From Octopus sinensis (lineage: Eukaryota), in contig NC_042997.1 in NCBI RefSeq assembly GCF_006345805.1, positions 168,268,001-168,332,000 of the forward strand: a stretch of 64,000 nt of DNA, in the 5' to 3' direction. Positions 13,171 through 24,405 of this stretch are shown here, one piece after another. Position numbers and translations under genes: made by a program. The notes beneath the pieces are model-generated. The model was not told the DNA's origin, did no database searches, and was given only the letters and a program-made list of their open reading frames with translations. Every line of letters starts with the position of its first letter. Position 1 is the stretch's first letter.

Positions 13171-13879
13171 TATGGGAAAACACATTTTTATAAATTGAAA
13201 AATTGGTGTGATGCAAGTAGGTGACTTACTTATGTCAAGTACCATGCATCAAACAAGTTAGTACTGTTTCTGTATGAGCAAACTGTTGTAACAAAGATGT
13301 AACATGCCTTCTTTGCTGCACTGTACTCCATGCAACAAATCATTGCATGACAAAATTTCTAAAGTAGACTGCAGTGCAAGATATATCTGGGATAGTGCAT
13401 AATAAATATTAAAATGACCACCTCTGACTGACAGTTCTTTTCAGTCAGAACTGATCAGTTAATTGACAACATCAAGAACAACAGCTGTGAACTAAGAATG
13501 ATTCCTATTTTCAAGTAAGAGATAGAAATAAACTGAGACATATAACTTAATTATGTCCACCCTTTCGTTACCAACCTGGCTGAAACTGGCTTTGGCTCTG
13601 AGTACAAATGTCTTGTTTTCATAAGTTTTGAATTAAAATCTTCCACCAAACCAAAGTTACAATTTATGTTCCTAACACTAGATTAATGATAACTAAGTTA
13701 TTTTAGTAAATTCTTTGTTATATTTAAAGTAATTGAAAGAAACACTGAACATCTCAAAATAAATACAGTAATGAAAGGGTTAAAGTACCTCTCTTATTCA
13801 CTTCTCATTTACTTGGTCCATCATTTGTTCAACCACTGGTCATCCCCATGACCATCTTTTTTTCAGGTTACATTACCTG

Positions 13880-14120
13880 ATGTGCTTTGATTTGCAATAC
13901 CAACTTCAGGAAGCCTGACAGTCATTTGATTACTTATTAATCTCATGGGTACACTAGCCAGATTTACTACATTCTTACCAGAAACAGGGACAGGCAGATA
14001 CTTGTGAATGCAGAATCTTTCCCAGGTGAAGAATGCACAACTCAACATAAATTAGTGATTAGCAACTTCAGAGCCAGAGCTAGAAGAATCCAGAGACACA
14101 AACCGATAGTGAATTAGTTT
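13880..14120 (+). mobile_element. RTE LINE fragment (end of AP endonuclease); other RTE fragments at about 23460-23710(-), 34990-35290(+), 55400-55720(-)
   Basis: NTNFRKPDSHLITY*SHGYTSQIYYIL...FPGEECTTQHKLVI. The others give GxTTDAFFLVR and RRLHWFG...GRWRPRKIW motifs. Confidence 0.75.
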
Positions 14121-14667
14121 GGATATCTCGCCCATCTATCAAAATCTGTACATTAGATGGACACAGTAATCTGTGCTTCAATAGACAATTAATATCCTTC
14201 TTCACATATGATTGGCTATTGGCTTCTCTGAAAGAGGTCAACTGCCTTTTGATAGATTGTATTTGTAAACTTAGTGGGAGTTTGTATATCCTCTTCACTC
14301 AGTAAACTAAGTTGAAGTGGGGGAGGCTTTACTCAATGACTACCCAACCATGTAGGTTGAACCAGGTATATTGTATAGAAAACATTTTTATAATGTGTGT
14401 TTAGTATGTATAGCTTTTTAAAATTATTAAGAATATGACAGGTGTTTAAATTTTAACTATTTTTTAAATGTATTTTTTGCATATATCTTTTTTAGTTCTT
14501 TACAGTTTGCATTGAATAGTAAGGTTATTGTTTGAAAAATATTGTGAAAAATTTAAGAGGAAATTTGTAAAGAAAGATGTGCTTACAGACACACCTATAT
14601 ATACTACCCCCGCAATTGCCTATATATACTACTTCCGCACATACATGAGTGTATCTAAGCATGTCTT

Positions 14668-14710
<43 letters not shown>

Positions 14711-14829
14711 AATTTAGGAATGGCCTAGACAGGCCATTCGTCCACTAGAAAGAGCAGCCATAACTCCAACCGCCAAGTAGTGTAATTCGGAATAATAAGG
14801 TGAAAATTTAAAAACATTTACCCTAATTC

Positions 14830-14930
14830 ATCTTTTTAAATGCATCGTTTCAGTGTCTTTAATGATAGACCAGCTTAATTAAATTAAATTAAGCTAGTCT
14901 ACCATAGGTCACACTTCATCAGTAAAAGAA
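14830..14930 (-). ncRNA. Hammerhead copy with damaged stem III and cleavage site
   Basis: The core tcatcag and gtttc are present, but the copy reads tctttttaaatgcatcg instead of tcttttatacgatgcatcg, so the GUA triplet is lost. Confidence 0.7.
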
Positions 14931-15302
14931 ACTGGGAGAGACGGATATATACGAGGCGACTGTATCAATGCCTCGGGAATATCTGTCTTAAAATTTTCAA
15001 GACCAACGCATTCGCGCCAAACTTATCGGCAGCAAATATAAACTGCCGATTCAATCTCAGAATTAGTCAGAAAATTATCAATTAATCAATTTAGGGTAGC
15101 AAAAAATTCAGTAAAAATTTATCGCTACCAGCGGCCTAATGGAAAAGAGAAAATAGTCAAAGACTAAATATGTATAAATATAACAATTTAGGAATGGCCT
15201 AGACAGGCCATTCGTCCACTAGAAAGAGCAGCCATAACTCCAACCGCCAAGTAGTGTAATTCGGAAATAAGGTGAAAATTTAAAAACATTTACCCTAATT
15301 CA

Positions 15303-15405
15303 TCTTTTATACGATGCATCGTTTCAGTGTCTTTAATGATAGACCAGCTTAATTAAATTAAATTAAGCTAGTCTACCATAGGTCACACTTCATCAGTAAA
15401 AGAAA
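15303..15405 (-). ncRNA. Type I hammerhead ribozyme, intact (antisense copy)
   Basis: Reverse complement of the + strand copies: tcatcag 15390-15396, gtttc 15321-15325, tac 15310-15312. Confidence 0.86.
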
Positions 15406-15702
15406 CCTGGGAGAGACGGATATATACGAGGCGACTGTATCAATGCCTCGGGAATATCTGTCTTAAAATTTTCAAGACCAACGCATTCGCGCCAAACTTA
15501 TCGGCAGCAAATATAAACTGCCGATTCAATCTCAGAATTAGTCAGAAAATTATCAATTAATCAATTTAGGGTAGCAAAAAATTCAGTAAAAATTTATCGC
15601 TACCAGCGGCCTAATGGAAAAGAGAAAATAGTCAAAGACTAAATATGTATAAATATAACAATTTAGGATGGCCTAGACAGGCCATTCGTCACTAGAAAGA
15701 GC

Positions 15703-15804
15703 TTCTTTTACTGATGAAGTGTGACCTATGGTAGACTAGCTAATTTAATTTAATTAAGCTGGTCTATCATTAAAGACACTGAAACGATGCATCGTATAAA
15801 AGAT
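15703..15804 (+). ncRNA. Type I hammerhead ribozyme, intact
   Basis: Stem I ttctttta/taaaaga; core CTGATGA 15711-15717; stem II agtgt/acact extended by a ~19-bp hairpin; GAAA 15781-15784; stem III ACGATGCATCGT (palindrome); predicted cleavage GUA after 15796. Confidence 0.88.
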
Positions 15805-16174
15805 GAATTAGGGTAAATGTTTTTAAATTTTCACCTTATTTCCGAATTACACTACTTGGCGGTTGGAGTTATGGCTGCTCTTTCTAGTGGACGAATGGCC
15901 TGTCTAGGCCATTCCTAATTGTTATATTTATACATATTTAGTCTTTGACTATTTTCTCTTTTCCATTAGGCCGCTGGTAGCGATAAATTTTTACTGAATT
16001 TTTTGCTACCCTAAATTGATTAATTGATAATTTTCTGACTAATTCTGAGATTGAATCGGCAGTTTATATTTGCTGCCGATAAGTTTGGCGCGAATGCGTT
16101 GGTCTTGAAAATTTTAAGACAGATATTCCCGAGGCATTGATACAGTCGCCTCGTATATATCCGTCTCTCCCAGG

Positions 16175-16278
16175 TTTCTTTTACTGATGAAGTGTGACCT
16201 ATGGTAGACTAGCTTAATTTAATTTAATTAAGCTGGTCTATCATTAAAGACACTGAAACGATGCATCGTATAAAAGAT
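16175..16278 (+). ncRNA. Type I hammerhead ribozyme, intact (second sense copy)
   Basis: CTGATGA 16184-16190, GAAA 16255-16258, GUA cleavage after 16270, which is 474 nt from the previous site. Confidence 0.88.
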
Positions 16279-16522
16279 GAATTAGGGTAAATGTTTTTAA
16301 ATTTTCACCTTATTTCCGAATTACACTACTTGGCGGTTGGAGTTATGGCTGCTCTTTCTAGTGGACGAATGGCCTGTCTAGGCCATTCCTAAATGTTATA
16401 TTTATACATATTTAGTCTTTGACTATTTTCTCTTTTCCATTAGGCCGCTGGTAGCGATAAATTTTTACTGAATTTTTTGCTACCCTAAATTGATTAATTA
16501 TATATATATATATATATATATA

Positions 16523-16691
16523 TGTGACAATTACTCAGTAGCCATGATAAAACTCCGAGTTTCAGATTTCAGGGCTGAAACTCAGAGTTTTATCATAGCT
16601 ACCAAATAATTGTCACATATATTTACAGATGAATTCCTCTATTTACATAATATCGAGGTCTCTTTCATTCTTTTGTTGTCTTGCCATTTCT

Positions 16692-16696
<5 letters not shown>
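16523..16696. repeat. Deleted copy of the 10243-10495 family: ~95-bp hairpin plus tail
   Basis: tgtgacaatt...gagtttcag/ctgaaactc...aattgtcaca (16523-16617), followed by the same tail as 10430-10495. Confidence 0.75.
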
Positions 16697-16728
<32 letters not shown>

Positions 16729-18387
16729 TGTGCTGGTGGCATGTAAAAAGCACCATCCGAATGTGTCCAATGCCAGCACCGCCTTGACTGGCTTCCATGC
16801 TGGTGGCACGTAAAAAGCACCAACTGATCATGGCTGTTGCCAGCCTCCCGTGGCACCTGTTCCAGTGGCATGTAAAAAGCACCCACTACACTCACGGAGT
16901 GGTTGGTGTTAGGAAGGGCATCCAGCCGTAGAAACACTGCCAGATCAGACTGGAGCCTGGTGCAGCCTCCTGGCTTCCCAGACCCTGGTTGAACTGTCCA
17001 ACCCATGCTAGCATGGAAAACGGCCGTTAAAAGGTGATGATGATGGTGATGATATATATCTCTTATTATAAAAGGCAGATTTTATCTGCCTCCCAAACCG
17101 TTTGTTTATTATACAAATCTACAATATAGAATTTCTTCAATTAGAATTTACCTAGCATTTTTATAAGTAGAATCAATCGGGTTGTGGCATGTAAAGTTTT
17201 TTCAATTCAACCCCAATTAAGCAAAAATTCAAGAAAAACTAACTATTTAACGATTTTCTCTTTCAGTTCAAGTGATTCACTCATACCATTACCACTACAC
17301 TTTCTCCTCCTTTCTCTTTGCAAGTGTGCAACGATTAAAGTGAAAGTATTTATATAAAAGGATGAACTGCTTCACTCATGCTATCACCATAATTTCTCCT
17401 ACTTTCTCTTTGCCAAGTGTACCTTAAACCACTACTCAAAAAAAAAAAACACAGCAAACAGAAACAATAAATACATAACGATTACTCCTCACAATTTCTC
17501 AATTAACAGTTTACCTATGATTTTTTCAAAGTACTTCCATTCGGTCATGCCATACAAAATTTCTTTCAATTTGACACCCAATTAAGAAAAAAAAAAATCA
17601 GAAAAAACTCAATATTTTCATCATTTCACCTCTTCACTTCAAAGCCTTACTCTGCCTATTACTCCCACTTCCTCTTTCACACATAGACACGCAAATATAT
17701 AAATAAAATTGTAAGGTAACGTGTGTGTGTGTGTGTGTGTTGTGTGTGTGACAGGGATGACCCATTCAGACTGGTCATCCTTTTTGCTAGAAGATCACCT
17801 ATGGTCTTATATGCTACACCACTGGTTTTCAGTTCATATTAATCAAATTAATATTCACAACAAGAAGGACTATTCATTATAATACATCAGTTCCACACAT
17901 TTACCCTGATTCCATTTCGGACAACTGCACAAACATTTGCCATTTGACACATGTATGTAAACAAATTCCTTTCTTAAAAATTTCAATTCATTTTCTTTTT
18001 CAATTCATACAAAGTTTTTTAGGACGAATATAACATCTAAAGTATATCCAAGTAGCAGAAAGATCGCCCAAAAGTGTATATAGATATTTAAATGTATTTA
18101 TATATTCATCTATACATACATGTATGTATAATGTGTGTATATATTTCCATAGACATAACCATTCACTCCATACAAAGTTATTCTTTAGGACGAATATAAG
18201 ATCTAAAGTATATCCAAGTAGCAGAAAGATCGCCCAAAAGTGTATATAGATATTTAAATGTATTTATATATTCATCTATACACAGATGTATGTATAATGT
18301 GTGTGTATATATTTCCATAGAGGTAACCATTCACTCCTCACAAAGTTTTTTAGGACGAAAATAAGATCTAAAGTTATCTCTAAGTAG

Positions 18388-20807
18388 TGTTGTTGTTATA
18401 TATATATAATGTATTGAGTATTAAAGGAAGTAGTGAGTACTTAGTATGAAAGATTAAGAAAATGAGAGAGACTGAAACAACGTGTTAACGATACAAGATA
18501 CTTATTCGACTGCCGTGTTGTACAAGTTAATTGTTTTGGCGGGAAACAAAGTGAAAGTCCTTTTATAAAGGGAGACAATGGGCGACGTTGATGTTCATGT
18601 TTGTTGTGATGATTATATAACATCTTCCTTTTTTTTTTTTTTTTAATTTTTTTTATATCATCTGTATCTACAGGGAATAATTATTCGTCGTCCATTTGTG
18701 TTTTATTATTTTGTAGTGTTGAATTCTGTAGTTGTGCTGTTTGTTTTTTCATGCGTGTGTTTGTTGACTTTGGAAATATATTTTCATAATCTAATTCTTC
18801 TGTTATGCGAACGTGTTCGTTTGTTTTAAGAATATGTTGTCTATTTCGTTTGACTGTATTTCCTTCCTCTGTTATTACTAAGTATGAACGAGGTTGCTCT
18901 AGTTTTTTAATTATTTTGCCCCTTCTAAACCAATTGTTGTTAAACTTAATTCTAACCGTGTCGTGTGGTTTTAACTCTGGGAGTTCTGTTGTAATGTTTG
19001 ATTTCTTCTTTTCGTGAGCCTGATACCAATTTTGTCGTGTAGTATGTTGGGAGATTTGTTCGCAATGTTATTCATTATTTGATTTGCAGGGGATGGTGCA
19101 CCATTTTGTAATTTAGTCGTGCGTATGCTAAGAGCGCTAACTGAGGTTCTTCGTCACTTTTGAATGCCTTTTTTAGCGTCTTTTTTATTGTCTGTATATT
19201 TCTCTCAACCATGCCATTCGCTTGATGATAATGCGGGCTTGTCTTCGTGTGATGAAAATGCCAATTTTTTGCAATATTTTGAATTCAGCCGAATTGAATT
19301 CTGGACCGTTGTCACTTACAACTGTTTGCGGAATTCCGAATTTAGCAAAAGTTTCTTTTAATTTTTTGATTACGGTTTTTGACTGGCATCATTTATTTCG
19401 TGTAGATCAAAAAATCTTGTTGTATAGTCAATAATTGTGACATACGAATTTCCAGACAGGTGAAATACGTCTGTACCCACTTTGGTCCATGGTGAGTAGG
19501 TATTTCATGATTTATTAGTGGTTCGGCTGCTTGTTGATTTTTGTAGTCAATGCAGTATGAGCATGTGTTAATCATGTCTTTGATTTGAGCGTTAATGCGG
19601 GCCAGTATATACATTCCTCGCTCTCTATCATTTTTCGATACCCATGTGTCCGGTATGTATTTCTACTTTATGTACAAATTTTTTGATTTCACATTTTTGC
19701 ATAGTGTCCTGTTTCTTGCATTTTTCACATGTCTTGTGAAATGCTGGGCATTTATTTCTTTTGTGATTATAACCACAATAGTGACAGTTAGTGACGTAGT
19801 GTTGACTTGGCGCTTGAAACTTCGCGGCTTTCTGTCACTTCCGCCTTGTTCGTTTTGATGTCTGGATTGCATATGGCGGTTATTGAGTTTGGCGCCTTTT
19901 TGTCGTGTTGACTATACCCTTGAGATTTCGTTATCTCTTGTTTTCGGATGTGGCATTTAGCATCCTTGATTGGAGTCGTGTTTGCTCTGCACTCTGACCT
20001 GCTTGAATTGTTTTTGTAGGTCTAAATTGGTTCTCTCAATAATCTTTCTCTTAATCTCATGTCTCTGATTCCACATATCAGAATATCTTTGGTGAGACTG
20101 TCTGTGAGGTTGCCGAATTCGCACTGTTGTGCCTTTGGCACAACTCTACTACGTACTCATCGAATTTTTGATGTTCCGCTTGTCCACATGTGAAGAATTT
20201 GTGTCTTAGGAAAGTTATGTTTTTCCTGGGTTCACAATATGCATCGAATTTTTCGATTACTGTCTGAAGGTTCATTTCTTCGTCAGGTGAATCGAAATCC
20301 AGTGTGGAATGGATATCTCGGCCTTTAGAACCGATGCAAGTTAAAAACATTGAAGTTTTTACTTTGTCTGACTTCATGTCACTTTCTGTTGCTATCAAAA
20401 AGAGATTGAATTCTTTTTTCCACTTTTTCCATGCTGCGGCTAGATTTTCCTGATTAAAGTCTAGGTCTTTTGGATGCGGTAAATTTTCCATTTCGTCTTT
20501 GAAGTATGATTTCAACTTCTTTTTTCCTTTGGTTTCTGTATTTTGGGTTCTTTTAGTATTCTGACACCATGTTGTTGTTATATATATATAATGTATTGAG
20601 TATTAAAGGAAGTAGTGAGTACTTAGTATGAAAGATTAAGAAAATGAGAGAGACTGAAACAACGTGTTAACGATACAAGATACTTTATTCGACTGCCGTT
20701 GTTGTACAAGTTAATTGTTTTGGCGGGAAACAAAGTGAAAGTCCTTTTATCAAGGGAGACAATGGGCGACGTTGATTGTTCATGTTTGTTGTGATGATTA
20801 TATAACA
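18388..20807 (-). mobile_element. Internally deleted Ty3/Gypsy LTR retrotransposon (gag and integrase remnants; no PR/RT/RH)
   Basis: Near-identical TG...CA LTRs at 18388-18622 and 20570-20807; 5-bp TSD AGTAG; PBS TGGTGTCAGAA (tRNA-Leu-type); PPT AAAAAAAAAAGGAAGA; gag ORF 20078-20515; integrase H-C2 and core relic at about 19100-19650. Confidence 0.92.
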
Positions 20808-21091
20808 AGTAGCAGAAAGATCGCCCAAAAGTGTATATAGATATATAAATGTATTTATATATTCATCTATGCACACATGTATGTATAACGTGTGTGTATA
20901 TATTTCCATAGAAGTAACCATTCACTCCATACAAAGTTTCTTAGGACGAAAATAAGATCTAAAGTTATCTCTAAGAAGCAGAAAGATCGCCGAAAAGTGT
21001 ATATAGATATTTAAATGTATTTATATATTCATCTATGCACACATGTAAATGTATTTATATATTCATCTATGCACACATGTATGTATAACGT

Positions 21092-21499
21092 GTGTGTATA
21101 ATTGTTAAGACGCCTTCTGATCTCAGAGATGCAGTGTTCCCAGATCTACAAGCTAATTATCTGAATATGGATTGGATTGGCAAAAAGGCTATACTGGCCC
21201 CGAGGAATAAAACTGTTCACCATATTAATGATGAAATGCTAAAACTCATTCCTGGGGAAGTCTATGTATATCAGTCTATCGATACAACTCCTGACCCAGA
21301 GGACGTCATCAACTATCCAATAGAGGTACTCAATTCCTTTGAGCACCCCAGACTACCACCACACATTCTCAAAATTAAAGTTGGTGCCCCTATAATGCTC
21401 ATCAGAAATTTGGTTCCCCCAAAACAATGCAATGGCACACGTTTGATTGTTAAGTCCTTATCTCCCACCGTAAACTTATATCAATATTTGCCTGAATAA
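21092..21499 (+). pseudogene. Helitron PIF1-family helicase fragment
   Basis: AILAPRN...LPPHILKIKVGAPIMLIRNL.P..CNGTRLIV, the PIF1/Helitron motif. Confidence 0.9.
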
Positions 21500-23066
21500 T
21501 CATCATAATTCAGTGCAATCATTAACAGTACTTTCAAGCAATTCAGCCCCGAGCAACGCCGGGCAATTCTGCTAGTATATATATAAAAAGACATGCTTAG
21601 ATATGTATGAATACACACATATATTCATATTCTTTTATATCACTTATGCTGACACAAACCAACAATTATGCCAGAATACATGATGTACACAAGCATACTC
21701 ACATAAACGTCTGCATACAGAGAAGCATATGCAAAGGTACATGTGTACATATATTAATGCATTAAGAATGAAAAACGTAAGATACTAGTTGCAAAAGTTC
21801 CAGATGTAATGCAAAACACAAAAAATAGAGCATAACAAATAATAATCTGCACACATGCATTTACAGCATCCCAACATACGTGCATATCAATGCAAAGACA
21901 TACTGGATATTTGCATGTAATAGAGGCCTATGATAATGATCTTGTAGTTTTAAGCTGACTCTTTGCTACCCATCTGCATATCAGCAGAAATATGGTTGTT
22001 TTCCTTATCCATTCACCTCATTGAAGGAAAGCAGAGATCTTTTTGTATGCATTATGTTATAGATTTTCCAGTTGGTGATTCTAATGTAGTTCCTTGTAAA
22101 GATACATACTTTTGGGGGAAATTTGTATGAGTGATTTTTTTTTTATGCTTGCGATGAAATCTGTTAGTTAACAGACTTCAATCTTAGTGGAATTTAATAG
22201 CCTACAGATTGGCTATTAAAGTTGTGCCTATGATCTTTAGATGTTACACGAGGTCTGTGGAGTGTCAGGCATTCAATCATGTCTTTTATATTTAAATCTG
22301 TTGCTGAAGTTTAGTTTCTACAGTTATTGAGTTGAAAGTGTTGCAGTTTATTTTCTTGTATCTCTTTTACTCTTTTACTTGCTTCAGTCATTTGACTTTG
22401 GCCATGCTGGAGCACCGCCTTTAGTCGAGCAAATTGACCCCAAGACTTATTCTTTGTAAGCCTAGTGCTTATTCTATCGGTCTCTTTTGCTGAACCACTA
22501 AGTTGCAGGGACGTAAACACATCAGCATCGGTTGTCAAGCGATGTTGTGGGGACAAACACAGACACACAAACACACATACATATATATATGCGGCGGGCT
22601 TCTTTCAGTTTCCGTCTACCAAATCCACTCACAAGGCTTTGTTCGACCCGAGGCTATAGTAGAAGACACTTGCCCAAGGTGCCACGCAGTGGGACTGAAC
22701 CCGGAACCATGTGGTTCATAAGCAAGCTACTTACCACACAGCCTATCTGTTTATTATACTGTTGTACAGGAGTCTTTTATATGTGTGTGATTGTCTGTAC
22801 TAGGTTGCTTCAATTCATATACTCCTTGTCTTCATATTTGTGACAATGTGAGAAATTTTCCTTATCATCATATCAACAGAATCATTAGAGTCATACAAAA
22901 TGCCTCACGATATTTCTTCCAAGGTCAATTTCTTTGCTTTTCATCCTGCTAGGTTTGATAAAATAAAGTACCAGTCATGTATTGGGACTGATATAATTGA
23001 CTCTTCCTCTTGCACTAATTCTAGGCCTTGTGCCTATGTTAGAAATACTTATGTTGTTATCAACAT

Positions 23067-23098
<32 letters not shown>

Positions 23099-23754
23099 AA
23101 TGTTTGTGGCTGAGATTTTTAGTTGTAGTTATTTCAATTAACTTAATGACGAAAAGAAAGGCATCAATATTACAAGCCATTATCTCCCTATTAGTGTTTG
23201 CTGTCATGACTATGAGGGTTAAAGTGAGTTGTATAATGTCATAAGATAAGTACCAGTAAAATGCTGGAGTACATTTTATTCTTTTTTTTTTTTTTTTGGT
23301 GCCATGTCTAGAAAGTAGGACATAGGCGTTAATGTCCTGTCACAGTTCTCTGTTTGCTGTAATAGTTCCACTTCCTGATGTATAATGCTGTAATAGTTCC
23401 ACTTCCTGATGTATAATGCCACTTTTTTTCAAACAAGTTTGTCAAGCTTAATATCTATATCATCCTTCTCCTTCCTCTGCTTCTTTTCCTGTCAATCTTT
23501 CCGGTCATCACTAAATTCTCCAGGCCCTCTTTCCTCATCACATGACCAAGAAATCTCAGTTGTTTGACCCTTATCTCATGAAGCAGTTTCCTATTTGCTG
23601 CAGCCCAAGTCATCACTTCTTCATAAGACATTTTGCCTGTCCATGCTGTCCCCCAATATTCTCCTTAAGAACTACATTTCATGGTTCTTAAAGTACTTAC
23701 TCATATCCGTACCAAAAGAAGTTCTCATATTTACATTATTTGCTTTGTTTTCAG

Positions 23755-23811
23755 AATGTACTTTCATTATACTGGATCATGAGATGTACAAGAATAGTGG
23801 TGATGAAATAG
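23755..23811 (+). CDS. NAT9: NAT9 coding exon (57 nt)
   Basis: ttttcag|AA TGT ACT TTC ATT ATA CTG GAT...ATA G|gtaag. Encodes (K)CTFIILDHEMYKNSGDEI, matching NAT9 KCTFIVLD. Confidence 0.93.
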   Translation, partial: NVLSLYWIMRCTRIVVMK

Positions 23812-23903
23812 GTAAGCCTGGTATAAAATTGTTTGTGAATCCTATCAAACCAATGAGTCATAATGCTACCACTGAAGACCTTGTCTTCATGAAGTGTAAT
23901 TAA

Positions 23904-24114
23904 CCCTTTCATTACCAACCCGGCTCTGGCTCTGTAGTACAAATGTCTTGTTTTCAAAAGTTCTGAATTAAAATCTTTCACCAAACCTTAGTCACAATTT
24001 ATGTTCCTGACACAAGCTGAATGATAACTAAGTTATTTTACTAAATTCTTTGTTATATTTAAAGTAATTGAAAGAAACACAAAGCGTCTCAAAATAAATA
24101 CAGTAACAAAAGGG
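23904..24114. mobile_element. piggyBac-like MITE; relatives at about 13560-13779, 48395-48551, 56292-56491
   Basis: TTAA|CCCTTTC...AAAGGG|TTAA. Confidence 0.8.
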
Positions 24115-24405
24115 TTAAAGTAAGATAGCTTATTCTTCTGTGAACAACACCTAAACAAATTAGTTGGTAGAGATCAGCTAGTGTCTTTACAAAGCTCAGG
24201 TGGGACTCATTTTGGAATACTTCTCCCATATTTGGGATGGAGCTATTACTATACACAGAAATATTTTTGACGGCATCTAAATGAAAACTGACCGACTGCT
24301 TAGGAGAAGATTACAAACTCTGACAGGTTTGTAATCTTCTCCCACTGCTTATTCTGTTACTTCTATAATGGCCTCTGAGGACACATGGCCTAGTAGTTAG
24401 GGTGT

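Larger units (their letters stand above)
14707..16499. mobile_element. Hammerhead-containing tandem/inverted array of a ~474-nt monomer (non-LTR retrozyme-like)
   Basis: Unit starts at about 14708, 15182 and 15657 (period 474-475). Orientation flips at 15702/15703, and the inverted units run to 16499. (TA)n flanks both sides, there is no ORF of 60 aa or more, and each full unit carries a hammerhead core. Confidence 0.88.
17059..21575 (+). mobile_element. Helitron with PIF1-like helicase remnant, internal ~160-bp tandem repeats and a nested LTR element
   Basis: A|TCTCTTATTATAAAAGG 5' end; 3' hairpin cccgagcaacgccggg followed by CTAG|T at 21572-21576; helicase ORF 21092-21499. Confidence 0.8.

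Noticed and set aside
14707-16499. Hairpin-rich AT unit as a mitochondrial tRNA cluster or control-region insertion (NUMT), or as a CRISPR array
   Set aside because: I could not fold any cloverleaf or find anticodon arms, and there is no repeat-spacer alternation. The hammerhead core explains the unit better.
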